Shown here one piece after another: positions 12,939-25,941 of a DNA stretch of 64,000 nt. Source of the stretch: Octopus sinensis (Eukaryota); contig NC_042997.1 in NCBI RefSeq assembly GCF_006345805.1, positions 47,306,001 through 47,370,000 of the forward strand, read 5' to 3'. Below the pieces are notes generated by a model. The model was not told the origin of the DNA. It was given only the letters and a program-made list of their open reading frames with translations, and did no database searches. A program made the translations under genes and the position numbers. Numbering within the stretch: position 1 is the stretch's first letter; every line of letters begins with the position of its first letter.

Positions 12939-14989
12939 ATATTATATCATTTCATATTGTATTAAGTCATAATATATTATATCATATTACGTTGTATTTT
13001 TATAGTATTATGGAAAAATCCTTCAATAGTATTGTAAATCATTTTCGGTTCAGAAACAATATTCTCTCATGGCCGACTTTGCTTTTCAGGTTCGATGAAT
13101 ACAACCATTTATACACTGAGTTGATTTAGTTGATTATACACCTCACTATGTGCTACTAGCGATGTATTAAATAAGAGAACGTTACACAAATTCATACTGA
13201 AGTCAAATTTTCGCAAACTTTAGTACAAAGAACGGTTACTAAAGTACAGTTCCGCCGCGAGTAAGATCGTTGTGCTTGTCTCCAGACAAAGTAGAATTAT
13301 GATTGATCGAGTAATTAGATTTATATTTATTAATGTTTACTACTGAATAACTTTATAATTTAAGTACGAAAATATGAAAGCAAGTTCCCACAGGGTTCGA
13401 TATTAAATATTACTGGGCAAGCTATTCAACACTTTAACGACCCGACCACTTCACCACATTTATAAAATGGGAAATTTAGGATAAAACATTTCACTGCTGG
13501 GTGGATACTTCTCCGTGCATGACGCATTTTTTTAGCAGGGCTACTAACGCAATAACTTGATGTTAAAGAGGCAGGCAGTCTCGGAGCCTTTACACTACGT
13601 TTTAACATTTGAAGAAACTGGAATAAAGTATTTGGCTCGTCAGCGCACAAATATATCTAACCTCCTCGTTTTGAATTAATAATATTATATTAAAGCAATG
13701 CATCGCAATTACTTCGTTGGATATCGTTAATAAAGACAGACTGCGTGTATTACATCCCAACTTCAAATAAAATCATTATTACTAGCTCGGAGAAAAAAAT
13801 TGTATCCACATTGCAAAATGAGATATTTATTTATTATACTAGGTTATCTAAAATATATATTTATATATCTATATAAATATTGTTTCAATGACGCCATTAA
13901 GTCATACATTATTGATAGTAGCCTATAAACATTTAACAGATTACGAGAATTATTTATTTAGTATGTCATAAATGAAAATAATTTGGCTTGTGTGCATGTT
14001 TGTGGATTCGATTGCTTGTGATTGAGAGGAGTTATGGCATTGGGTAAGGATCTTGAAGTTGCTCCCATCCATTTAGCCAGCAAAAGGAAGTAAGATTAAC
14101 ATCCGTAAATGTTCAGTGGTATCATAAAAAATTCCAGAAATATATCGTTTCTCTTTTATAAAACCGGCATCCCGTTTCATAGTACTCATCACACAAAACA
14201 TCGCCTACGCTGGAGTCAAGTATTACACAATGGAGTGAAGCGCTCTCGAAGAAAGGAAAACTCAGTAACGTCAGTGGGAAGACTGTGTGGGTGTGGGCAA
14301 CCTTAGCAGACGTTGGACAACCATCAGTAGCTGAGACAAAATTATCCAGGCACAGATCGATAGTATTTCGAGACCGACGAATGTTTATATATCCATAAAA
14401 ATGGTGAATTGGTCAAGTCATTAAAGAAGTCGTATAGATAGTAATGTTTCATCCGACTCTCTGTGCTCTGTGTTCGAATATAAATAAGATCAAATTTGAA
14501 ATTGAAATGTTGACGTTCGTAAATACATTATCATTATCTAGCAATGTTTTAGTTGCAATCAGGTCGAAATACGCTTGTGGTAGTAAATATTTCATCTAAT
14601 TCTATAGGAACAGCCATTGATGTTTATCTAAAACTCGGAGTAACATATTTTCACTGAGACTACGCTGCATGGTCTCTTCATTCCACGATACTCTGAGATG
14701 ATGTAGACATCTGACGCAAGACACAATTCTGCACTTGTACGGCAATGTAGATTTCACGGATAGAGTGAGCTTACGTGCATGGTTGATCACTATAGACAAA
14801 ACATCTCTGGGGTTATTCAGGAAGAAACTGCCGAACTTTCATCCGTCCTTTAACAACAGGAGAGTCTATAATTTATATACATGTGAGTTTGCAGGGATAT
14901 ATTATTCAGGCGGATTGAGTTTGCTTCCAAATTCCAGCTACCATAACAGCCCGTATTCGATGCCAGTGCCTACAATAAGTTGTTAAACA

Positions 14990-16900
14990 TTGGTAAATAT
15001 TCTCGTTGGGTAATTCCGAGTTCCCTACTCAGGGCTGCAAAGCTTCTGTAGAGTGTAAAATAACATTAATAATAAGGGGAATGGAGATTTGCACATCGAT
15101 AATTCATTTTGCAGTTATTTACAACATATTATCATGACCTGCATGTTTTTCGACTGCAGAGACTGTACAATGTTGCAAATTCAATCTTGCAATATTTTCA
15201 GTGCAGCTTCATCAGGGTCTGTAGCTTAGGTCCGCTTCCTGTTAAACTGAATGAAGAAAGAGCTTGTTGTTTAGTGTTCAGTAGAAGGTAAGTGTGTTAC
15301 TATTATCAGGAGTTTATCCCTGCCGTAGTTGTAGGGGGACGCATGGTCTTAAACAGGTCAAGGTTGTTTTTTCTTTGTTTTTTGCAGTGTTCTTAGTATT
15401 TCCTAATGGTTCTGTGTGCTGTCTGTTGCACTGAGTACATTGTCTACATAGAAGTATTTAGTTAGCTTTCATTCATTTTGGGGGTTTTGGTTACTCCTTT
15501 ATTAGTATCGTGTATTGTGTAACGTTTTCATTTAAATTGTCCAAACGTCTATTTGCGTGCGTGAAGTCATTTTAGTGCTCGTTTCTGTCTTGTGTTTACT
15601 AATGGGTATTTTGAAGTGATAATTTGGTAGAGTTCCCCCACGCGTAAGCCACATCTCTTCCCACCTATCTTACTAAGTTTAACAGAACTAATTATTTCCC
15701 AATCAACTGAATAGATTTTGTTATTATCTTTAAGCGACGAAATTAGCCTACGTTGGCCAGTATTATTTATTTTTCCCTATTTTTAAATGAATTTAAATGA
15801 TTAGTGATCATTTGTTTAACAAAAGTGGCCTTGCACGAATGCAAAACTATTCCCTATTCTCTGAGGTAATTTTACATCTGTAAACAACGTTTTTGGTTTT
15901 ATATTTAGAATTTAATGGACAGGGACTAGTTTGGTTATTTCTGTTATTATTTGCGACATTGGCTTCGCTCGAAATTTTTTCTGAATTATTTTCCATATTT
16001 ACCGACCTATTTCCGATGCTCTAAATGATTTCATTTTGGGAACTACAATTTTTAGGTTGTTCCATGTACTCTTTCTTATGTTACGAGGGAGTTTTTCAGA
16101 GTTGTTTCCCTTTGTTTGTCAATTCTATTATTATCACTCCTCTGAGGTCTAGTGCGATTAATTACGGTTTCATCGCTTCTGTTAATATTGTTGCTATTTG
16201 CTGTTAATCTATTATTTGTATTCTGCTTATTACTATCTTCCTGGAAGTTACTGATGTTACTTGCGTTGTGAGCGGTTATAAATTGTGCGAGATAATGGCT
16301 AATAGAGGAAACCAGTCGAAACTTATATTTATGAAAAATTTTGAGGTTTTTGTTGTTTCTAGGAAAGTGTCTTTTCGACGCCGTATAGAACAATTTAGGG
16401 AGGTTGGAATTATTTCCGTAGTATTAGGAATATTTTTGGTATAGTTGATTATAGGTGTAGTCAAGTTTTTAGCGATAGTACTCTTCTATTTTCATGGTTA
16501 GCTCGTTTATTATTGTATCCATTAGCAGTCAGAGTGCATGAGTTTCCGTGGTGGTTTGCACTCTTGCTAAGGTGCAGCGCATTAATGCTTCCATTGCTAT
16601 TCTGGTTATTTAATTCTGTATGGGGTACAAACCTTTTAATCCCTACAGTTTTTTTGTCGTTAGGTGCTTCGTTTTTAAACTTACCACCTTTAGTTTTCCT
16701 CCCCCTTACTCCTTTAGAACACTGCAAAAAAAAACTTGACCTATTTAGACCATGCTCCACCTTCAACTACGGCAGGGTTGAACCTCAGGTCAAGTTCCTA
16801 TTAATAGCAACACAATCTACTGAACACTAAACAACTCTTTCTTCATACTGTTTAATTCGAGGTGGACCCAAGGTACAGACCTCCCACGTGTAGGTACGGT
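14990..16900 (-). mobile_element. Decayed Penelope-like element (RT thumb region plus GIY-YIG endonuclease)
   Basis: RHFPRNNKNLKIFHKYKFRLVSSISHYLAQFITAHN (ORF 16076-16393). By-eye translations KNVVYRCKITSEN (~15870-15895) and YSVDWEII..KRCG..ELYQII (~15600-15714) match the PLE GIY-YIG region. Inverted repeat 15216-15285 / 16816-16881. Boundaries approximate. Confidence 0.75.
15136..15219 (-). ncRNA. Degenerate hammerhead ribozyme at the 3' pseudo-LTR of the PLE
   Basis: GACC-CUGAUGA-AGCUGCA..UUGCAA..UUGCAA..UGCAGUC-GAAA-AACAUG-CA-GGUC. Long stem II; U16.1 is mutated to C and there is an extra AA. Confidence 0.6.
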
Positions 16901-17649
16901 AATATGCTGTAAATAACTGTAAAGTAAATTATCGATGTGTTAATCTCCATTCTTTTTATTATTTATGTTTTATATGTGTGTGCATGCGTGTGTGAGTGTG
17001 AGTGCCTGTGTGTGTTTCTATGTATGCATATATATGTATACATATTTCTGGATCAAATTAACATTTACCGCTGTACTAAAAATTCGGCGAATGGTTGAGA
17101 TAGAATAAATGATGTGAAAATATCGACCGACTATTAGACAAAGCAAATAAATAAAAGTACTGATACGTGCGTTTCGCCATGTATCAAGAAACATCTTCAA
17201 AAGAGGAAAATGCAGTAGTAGTAGTAGAAGAACACATATTCATGATACATATTCTTGATATATAGAGTTATCGATAAACTAGACGGTGTAAAAGAGGGGA
17301 ATTACTAATGGAGTGATGAATAAAGAGAAAGGCGGAAAAAAAAAACGTGAAGCTAAGAGTAAAATATATTACGGAAAATAGAATGGGAGAGAGAAAACGA
17401 TAAAGGTAAAAAAAAGGGACAACGAAGGTCAATTGACAGTGCTTTGCGGTTAGTTTCGGATACTTGACTTTCAAGGGGATAGTCGTAAAACTAAGCATTG
17501 AGGAAGTTCTTAAAGAGAGACGAAAAGAAAGGAAATCGATTTAGAAAGAAAAAGAGAACTATGCTACATTTTCCAGTCGTCTTCATGTGAATCCCGCATA
17601 ATGACACTCGCATATCAAGCTTCATTCGAGTTTATATCTTTTGCGTAAA

Positions 17650-17830
17650 TGCTTTGGGTAATATTGGTATCAAATTTTGGTACTAGGCCTGCAATTTCAG
17701 GGGAGGAGGAGTAAGTCGATTACATCAACCCCGGTAATCAGCTGGTAATTAGCTTATCTCCTCCGAAGGATGAAAGGCAAAGGTGACCTCGCCGGATTTA
17801 AACTCATAACGTAAAGACAAACGAAACGCA
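17650..17830 (-). mobile_element. SINE family B, degenerate
   Basis: Reverse complement of the family B core (AGTCGATTACATCAACCCC..GGATGAAAGGCAAAG.TGACCTCG). Confidence 0.7.
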
Positions 17831-17956
17831 TGCTTACATGCACGTATGCAGATATATATATATATATATATATATATAACAATTTAGGAGTGACCCTAAC
17901 AGGTCATTCGTCCACCAGAAAGAGCAGCCATAACTCACACATTTGTCTCTCCAGGT

Positions 17957-18055
17957 TTTTTACTGATGAAGTGTAACCTATGGTAGATTGGCTTAATTTA
18001 ATTTAATTAAGCTAATTTAATCATTATGACACAGAAACGTTGCAACGTCTAAAAG
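17957..18055 (+). ncRNA. Type I hammerhead ribozyme with long stem II, copy 1
   Basis: UUUUUA-CUGAUGA-AGUGU..[UAGAUUGGCUUAAUU/AAUUAAGCUAAUUUA hairpin]..ACACA-GAAA-CGU(UGCA)ACG-U-C-UAAAAG. GUC cleavage triplet, predicted cut after 18049. Confidence 0.85.
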
Positions 18056-18425
18056 ATGAATTGGGGTAAATGTTTTTAAATTTTCACCTAATTTCTGAAT
18101 TACTACTACTTGGCGGTGTGAGTTATGGCTGCTCTTTCTGGTGGACGAATGACCTGTTAGGGTCACTCCTAAATTGTTATATATATATTTAGTCGTTGAC
18201 TATTTTCTCTTTTCCACCAGGCCGCTGGTAGCGATAAATTTCTATTGAATTTTTTGCTACCCTAAATTGACTAATTGATAATTTTCTGAATAATTCTGAG
18301 ATTGAATCGGCAGTTTATATTTACTGCTGATAAGTTTGGCGCGAATACGTCAGTCTTGAAAATTTTAAGACTATATTCCGTAGGCATCGATACAGACGCC
18401 TCGTGTATATTTGTCTCTCCCAGGT

Positions 18426-18525
18426 TTTTTACTGATGAAGTGTAACCTATGGTAGATTGGCTTAATTTAATTTAATTAAGCTAATTTAATCATTAATGAC
18501 ACAGAAACGTTGCAACGTCTAAAAG
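18426..18525 (+). ncRNA. Type I hammerhead ribozyme with long stem II, copy 2
   Basis: Same fold as 17957-18055. Predicted cut after 18519. Confidence 0.85.
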
Positions 18526-21029
18526 ATGAATTGGGGTAAATGTTTTTAAATTTTCACCTAATTTCTGAATTACTACTACTTGGCGGTGTGAGTTATGGCT
18601 GCTCTTTCTGGTGGACGAATGACCTGTTAGGGTCACTCCTAAATTGTTATATATATATTTAGTCGTTGACTATTTTCTCTTTTCCACCAGGCCGCTGGTA
18701 GCGATAAATTTCTATTGAATTTTTTGCTACCCTAAATTGACTAATATATATATATATATATATACATATATATATCTTTATATGCATGCATGTATGTGAG
18801 TATATATGTATGCGTGTGCATGTATATATGCCTGTATTTTGTGAAATTTATAGAGTCACTATACTTTTATTTTTATATAAAATGATATTTATATAAAATA
18901 TATTTCACTCAAAATCTATATCATATCTGATTTCATTATACGAAAATACTGTATTTTGATATTGTATTTTGAAATTTTTGCATTGTTACACACACTTTTT
19001 GTTTTAGTTATTTATTTATTTATTTATTGATATTTCAACACAATATATTTTAATGTTTCCGAAATTATGAATAATGTGATTCTTCTGATTAACTGTCTTT
19101 GGAATAACTTTCCAATACTTCATATCTTCATATTTTCTTCGATTAACGAGCTACATATTATAACTTAATGTCTAATAATATATTTGATACATCATTGCTT
19201 TAGACTGTATTACAAATTATGAGACGTACGTTCTTATACACATATTTCTTTATAAGGCAAATTCATTCTATATATTTTATGTAGCCCTTCAGTATTATGG
19301 ACAGGGCCAATTGAGAGACATCAGTAAATTTATTCTTTCTAATTTTGGCATATGGCCTGCAAACTGAAAGGAAAGGCGTCAAATCGACTATATCAGCCCC
19401 ACCTTTTGTTTAGTACTATATTTAACCCACCTTGAAAGGATCAAAACCAAGTTGAACTCAACAGGATTTGATCTCAGAATGTAAAGAGTTGGAATAAATG
19501 ACGCTACAGTGAATTCATATATGTATTTTAATACAATAACTTTATAAGAACCGTTTTAGTATTCTGTATTAAACTGATGTTTTATAGTTATGAGAAAACG
19601 GAAATCCTAGGGGGTTACAGTCCCCACCCCCAGGACAAAAGAGAATAAGATTGACAAGACTGTTATTGGTTTTCACTTCGGAAACGTACGTTTACATTGG
19701 ATGGATGGAAACGTGATCAATATTACCAATATTCCTTTTCTCATATATCGGAATAATCGACTCAACGCTAAAGTCTGATAGATTATTGATTCCATTTTCA
19801 TACGCAAGTGAAACAAAACATGTACAATAAACACATGTTAGAGTAGTTATTTAAAAATGAATAAGCAAAAGCTTTAGAAGCTATATTCTTAGCTGTGGAT
19901 AGGATGTGGTATGTTGCCATGACATGTTGTTTGAGACACTTGAGTCCCGGTCAAACCGACGCCTGTTTGTGTGGTAAATAAATCACAATACTAGAGGGGA
20001 TTAGAACTTCAACTTCGGATAAACTTCATAAAATTGAGATTCAACATATGGTGATGGAGACGGATTATGTTTTTAGTCAAAACAAATTTACGTTCATCTA
20101 GTCCACTAAAATTGACTGTGGGCGCCGTCAGACAAATTTACTAACTTTAACTAACGAATTGACCGAGTCGTAAAGGCTTCGAATACATTTCCTTGCAGGA
20201 TATCTTCTGGTTATCTCTCCTCTGAGTTCGAATATCACTGAAATCAAATAAGTCTTTAAATTTCCGGAGATGTTAAAGCACCAGTCCTATACCGTATATT
20301 CTTTGAGTCATCCAGTATTCTACTGTTCCACTCAAGTCTAACCGTTGGTACTGCGATATTACCTTACGCCTTGCTCATTCACAACTGATTATTTCATGAC
20401 TAGCATATATTTCATTAAACACAAGAAATGATAATACAAAAGAGACCAAGGAAGGATTTGATCTTATGCACTAATCCTCAAACCTCTAGATATTTTTCCT
20501 CGGCTCAATGCCTGAAATTGTTACAGCTGTGAGGAAAGTAATAAGAAACTAGATTTTTGTTCTTTAATAACATCTCCATCAATTCAATAAAAGAGAACTT
20601 TCGCTGGATTTGCTACGAGCTAATGATGCATTTGTCTTGAACAGAATATTTTTATATTATGGGACTTTGCAAATAAAAGAATGTGCAATCATCTCTATTG
20701 TTCACATTGCAACGGAAAATACATAAGTGAACGTTTATGCTGACAGTCACGCTCTCGATAATAGTATTCACTTTTATTGGTCACTTCCGCCTTTAGAATC
20801 GCTTCCCACTTCGTGTAAAACCAATATCTCAAGAAATCAGCATATCTGGATGAGGACACTATGCTTCTGTTCAAATGAACGGATATTGAATATAATGAAT
20901 ATTATACTTTTTGTATTTGATGGGGAAATATTATTCACAAGGTTTAATATTTCAAAAGTTTCCAAAAAAATATTTGCCTAAATAACGATAAAGTGATATA
21001 TATGTATGTGTGCTTGTATCTACTTTCAT

Positions 21030-21200
21030 CCTTTTCTTGATTTCAGTCATTTGATTCTGGCCATGCTGGGACATTTCCTTGACGAATTTAGACGATCAAA
21101 ATGATTTCTTTATTTTTAAGTCTGGCATATATTGTAACGAACCGCATTTAACGAGCCACTAACTTCTAAGGTCATAAACAAACGATGATCGGCTAGCATA
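21030..21200 (-). mobile_element. SINE family C, degenerate 3' part
   Basis: GATTTCAGTCATTTGATTCTGGCCATGCTGGG tail block. Confidence 0.6.
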
Positions 21201-21935
21201 CGTCCACACACACACACTCTCTCTTTCTCTCTCTCTCTCTCACTCACTCTCTCTCTCTCTCACATGCACACGTGTATATACACACCAGTACACATGAACA
21301 CATACACGCGCTCATACATGTTAGCGTGTGGGTGTGTAAATAACTGGATCTCCTTTTGATCCGTGGTTGAATATTCAGTTGTTCGAACAAGTGATCATCC
21401 AGCAGAATGAAATGACCTCTGAGTGGGTGAACATTGTATAGATACGCGTAGTATTAGCATAAATCTCAGACAGAATCAGTGTGACACATTATGTGGCAAT
21501 CACACTCACAGTCTTGCATATAGCTTCCTACTATCCATTTTCATCCAGTTATTATCGATCAATCCATGTCTTTGCTCATTACATCATATAGTCAGATGAA
21601 AACTGATGCCTTGATGCTATTTCACACACACAAACTCATACATATTTATTCGAACATATTTTTATTCGAAAGTCTATGAGTATTACTTAATACAGTTTTT
21701 GAAGTGTAAAGGTGATTTTTGTAAGAAAAATTATTTTAAAAAATGTTATGAAAATGAGGAAGTTACTAACCTTTTTGGGGAAGAATTTTTTTTAGTGCAC
21801 GAACAATTCGTTAAAACTTTTCAAACACACACACACATACATACATACATACATACATACATACATACATACATACACATACATACATACATACATACAT
21901 ACATACATGCATACATACATACATACATACATATA

Positions 21936-21983
<48 letters not shown>

Positions 21984-22239
21984 AGTTTAACAATTAAGGA
22001 TAATCTCTTAATAAGGGATCTTAACAAGAAATTATCGGGTAGCTAGCGTGAAAACCTCATAAAAGAAAAGAATTCGAAAAGAATTTTTTCTCTTGAACAA
22101 ATTAATATATCTATATTGTATAGAGGGCATTATTACACATAAATGCCTCACACTAGGAGGGACAAAGTCATTACTACCAAAATATACTAATCATACCCAA
22201 ATGCAGTTTTTCAAAGCAAGACATTAAAAAAATGAATTT

Positions 22240-22296
22240 AGTTCTGTATCACCGTGATTCACATTCAACTTACGTCTAATGATCCTCAGCAGAACT
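22240..22296 (-). ncRNA. Type I hammerhead ribozyme, one A missing from GAAA
   Basis: Reverse complement of the 22771-22828 motif, but reads GUGAAUCAC instead of GUGAAAUCAC. Confidence 0.65.
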
Positions 22297-22770
22297 GATT
22301 CTGAACATATCATAAATAAACTACCAACCTTACGTAGCGAAGACGAACAGACAACTGTTCACTCGGCCAAGCACATGGAATGTTTATAAATCATATATCC
22401 GGTAAATGGCGGGCTTTTTACGAACTGCATGTCGGGTAATGAAAAGTATTTCGGAATAAGTTTAACAATAAGGATAATCTCTTAATAAGGGATCTTAACA
22501 AGAAATTATCGGGTAGCTAGCGTGAAAACCTCATAAAAGAAAAGAATTCGAAAATAATTTTTTTCTCTTGAACAAATTAATTATATCTATATTGTATAGA
22601 GGGCATTATTACACATAAATGCCTCACACTAAGAGGGACAAAGTCATTACTACCAAAATTATACTAATCATACCCAAATGCAGTTTTTCAAAGCAAGACA
22701 TTTAAAAAAATGAATTTAGTTCATCTTCGCTACGTAAGGTTGGTAGTTTATTTATGATATGTTCAGAATC

Positions 22771-22828
22771 AGTTCTGCTGAGGATCATTAGACGTAAGTT
22801 GAATGTGAAATCACGGTGATACAGAACT
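22771..22828 (+). ncRNA. Type I hammerhead ribozyme
   Basis: AGUUCUG-CUGAGGA-UCAUU-A-GAC(GUAA)GUU-G-AAUGU-GAAA-UCA(CGG)UGA-U-A-CAGAACU. Stem I 7 bp; U.U at the base of stem II. Confidence 0.8.
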
Positions 22829-22928
22829 AAATTCATTTTTTTAAATGTCTTGCTTTGAAAAACTGCATTTGGGTATGATTAGTATAATTTTGGTAGTAAT
22901 GACTTTGTCCCTCCTAGTGTGAGGCATT

Positions 22929-22983
<55 letters not shown>

Positions 22984-24064
22984 AGTTCACTTAAAATGTT
23001 GGTCAGTGTTATCGTGTTGTCGGTAGCAGAATGCACTTGCCCAACTTATTGCGCTGTGCGATCGAACCCAAAACAGCGTAGTTGTGAAGCAAACGGCTTT
23101 ACCGCACAGTCATATCGAGAATTTCCATATAAACATCCAAAGCGTTATAACTCTTTGACTTGCTAAGGAGAGTCTCACTATATATAAAAAGATTAATGAA
23201 TACTTATTTTGATTGATGTCTTATATGCATGGTACTGGTTTCTTACATGTGCGCTTATCTAATAGACTAAACAGTTTATGCTAAACAGTAAATAAAACGT
23301 AAAAGGAAATGGCTTACTGCATAAATATAGATGCTATTGCGTTCTTCCAACTGCACAGAACATGAAACACGTATGTTAAATGAGTCGGCTTTCATTAAGA
23401 AGACACATATTTTTCAACATAAATGATATTAAAATCAGAGTGAAGCTGGCAGCATTTAATACCTACCGAAATATACTTTAACTCTTATAATGTCAAGATT
23501 GATGTTACATACCTTGTACTATTCGACGGCAATACTATTCTTGGGCAATTTTGAAAATATAATGAAGGAGTTGCATATTTTTCTAAGATGGTGGAAAAGT
23601 CGATCTTTACTGCGTAGGTAGTACTGCAGATGTAATTTCAAGAAACAGTATCTTTTAAAGCTATATTTTTACATCTTTAACTTTCTAGATTGCTATCTAT
23701 CTATTTCCACTTTAAGTTGGGAAATGAATGATCTTAACAATAGAACGAAATCAAAGACATTATCTATAATATTATTCTTCAAGATGAAGTTTCAACAAAA
23801 ATTAATGCGTCGATATGAAAAATAAAAGAAAACTATAAAAATGCCGTATCCTAAATTTTTTAATTCTTATTTTCTTTGCTAGCATGCGCAGTCTATTTTT
23901 GTCCACATTTTATAAGCAAATATTTTGCAATTGAGCAGATGATAATTAATCAGACTGAAGTGCATGAGTTAAAGGAAATAAACAGAAAATATTTACTTTC
24001 CGTGTTCCAACCACCACCGCCATCTATCATTAGCCAAATCTTTACTGACACAACAACAACCACT

Positions 24065-24260
24065 GTGGAAGTCCAATAGCACAGTGGTTAGGGCAGCGGA
24101 CTCGCGGTCGTAAGAACGCGGTTTCGATTCCCAGACCGGGCATTGGGAATGTTTATTGAGCAAAAACAACTAAGCTCCACGCGGCTCCGGCGGGGGTGGT
24201 GGTGAACCCCGCTGTACTCTTTCACGACAAATTTCTCTCACTCATTCTTCCTACTTCTGC
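24065..24260 (+). mobile_element. SINE family A, 5' part
   Basis: CAGTGGTTAGGGCAGCGGACTCGCGGTCGTAAG..GGTTTCGATTCCCAGACCGGGC. Confidence 0.8.
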
Positions 24261-25516
24261 CACAAAGCAGAGGAACCATTGTGTAACCCACTATGGTGTG
24301 GTAAACTTTCAGACCCTAGTCTAGATTGCGAATCCTCTGTACCCCAGGATGGTTCAGCTCTCCACCTGTTAAAAGCCACCGTTTACGGAATGAGGATAAC
24401 AACGTAGCTTTCGCGCCCGTGCAACCGCCAGTCTATCGCGTGTGGTGGGTGGATCTTCAAGTTGCCACACGCATTCTTAGTAGCTTAGAGTAGGCTCGAA
24501 TTAGAGATCATTCTTTGTGGCTAATGGCGTGAGTCTTGATTGGAAGAAGAACAACAACAACCACTATACATATCAGTAACAAGACTCAGTTCAATTTATT
24601 TGCTAATCCAGATTAGCAAATTTCTCTATCTATTTCTCTCTCTCTCTCTCCCTCTCTCTCTTTCTCTCTCTCTTTCGTCATACACACATACATACATGCA
24701 TTCATTATATGTGTATGTGTATCTATTTATCTCTTAATATATCTATCTGTGTATCTCTTCATATATCTGTAGAATTACCTACTTACCGACCTACCTACAT
24801 ATCCTCCATGTCTGTATATCTACCTACCTCTTACCTATCTACCTCAATTTAATCACAAGGTTTAAGTTAAATCATAGTTATAATGGAAAATACTTCGCCA
24901 AGATGCCATGCGCTGGGAATTAAACCAAGATTTAGGGATTCCAAAGCGAACTTCTTACGCACTCGTTCGTAATGCAAACATAAACACGTACAAAGAAGCA
25001 AAGAAATAAGTACTAACAGAAACACACATTCACAGATACACGAGTACAAACACATACAAAAATGTGTACACATATGCACTTAAATTATTTTACTCCTTGG
25101 CAGAAGTTTACACTTAATTATGACGCACTCCTCTAAGGTAACTTAACGTTTTCTTTAGCTAAGAAACAAAAGAAAAGAAAAAGTTTGTCTCAGAGTGATT
25201 GTCATTGCTTTCCAGATTCGAACTACAATTTATTGAGTCGGTACTCCATGTGCACCCATCACTGCTGCACTGCGTTCATGGTCAAGATACACGAAGAACA
25301 CCTTGTAGAGCCAAATAAGTAAGAGTATATTTTGCATTGTTGTCACTGTAAGCAACGTCAGTAAGCAGCGTCAGCACTGTAACACTGACGCATGTTCGGT
25401 TTGTTCACAGCGCCAATTTCAAGTGTTCATATACCCATAAATAGTATGGATATGAAAATCAGCTGGGCAGGTTGCACATTTACAATATATATATAAATAC
25501 ATATATATATATATAA

Positions 25517-25561
<45 letters not shown>

Positions 25562-25567
25562 CATATA

Positions 25568-25694
<127 letters not shown>

Positions 25695-25716
25695 ACATAT
25701 ACATTCAGCTTGATTA

Positions 25717-25941
25717 GGCAGCGAGCTGGCAGAAACGTTAGCACACCGGGCGAAATGCTTAGCGGTATTTCGTCTGTCGTTACGTTTTGAGTTCAAATTT
25801 CGCCGATGTCGACTTTGCCATTCATCCTTTCGGGGTCGATAAATAAAGTACCAGTTTCGCTCTGCGGTCGATGTAATAGACTTCATCCCTTTGTTTGTCC
25901 TTGTTTGTCCCCTCTATGTTTAGCCCCTTGTGGGCAGTAAA
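25717..25941 (+). mobile_element. SINE family B with tail type 2
   Basis: AGGCAGCGAGCTGGCAGAAACGTTAGCAC head; ends TTGTCCCCTCTATGTTTAGCCCCTTGTGGGCAGTAAA. Confidence 0.85.

Larger units (their letters stand above)
17876..18745 (+). mobile_element. Hammerhead-bearing tandem element (retrozyme-like or PLE pseudo-LTR-like) with inverted 5' tail, in (TA)n
   Basis: Copy 1 at 17941-18275, spacer 18276-18408, copy 2 at 18409-18745 (near identical). 17876-17940 is the exact reverse complement of 18116-18180. (TA)n on both flanks. Confidence 0.85.
21981..22935 (-). mobile_element. Hammerhead-bearing element: tandem copies (period 475 nt) plus inverted copy, in (TA)n
   Basis: Copy 1 at 21981-22348, copy 2 at 22456-22722. 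22719-22935 is the reverse complement of ~22135-22348. (TA)n on both flanks. Confidence 0.85.

Noticed and set aside
19640-19700. GAAACGTACGTT palindrome resembling HHR stem III
   Set aside because: No CUGANGA core or stem II upstream.
20690-20870. Open minus-strand frame SSSRYADFLRYWFYTKWEAILK..CEQ* as a cytoplasmic-tail exon
   Set aside because: It needs a phase 2 join that no identified exon provides, and there is no homology.
24270-24530. GC-richer segment resembling a LINE 5' UTR, possibly with an HDV-like ribozyme
   Set aside because: Could not fold a nested double pseudoknot by eye; family identity is unsupported.
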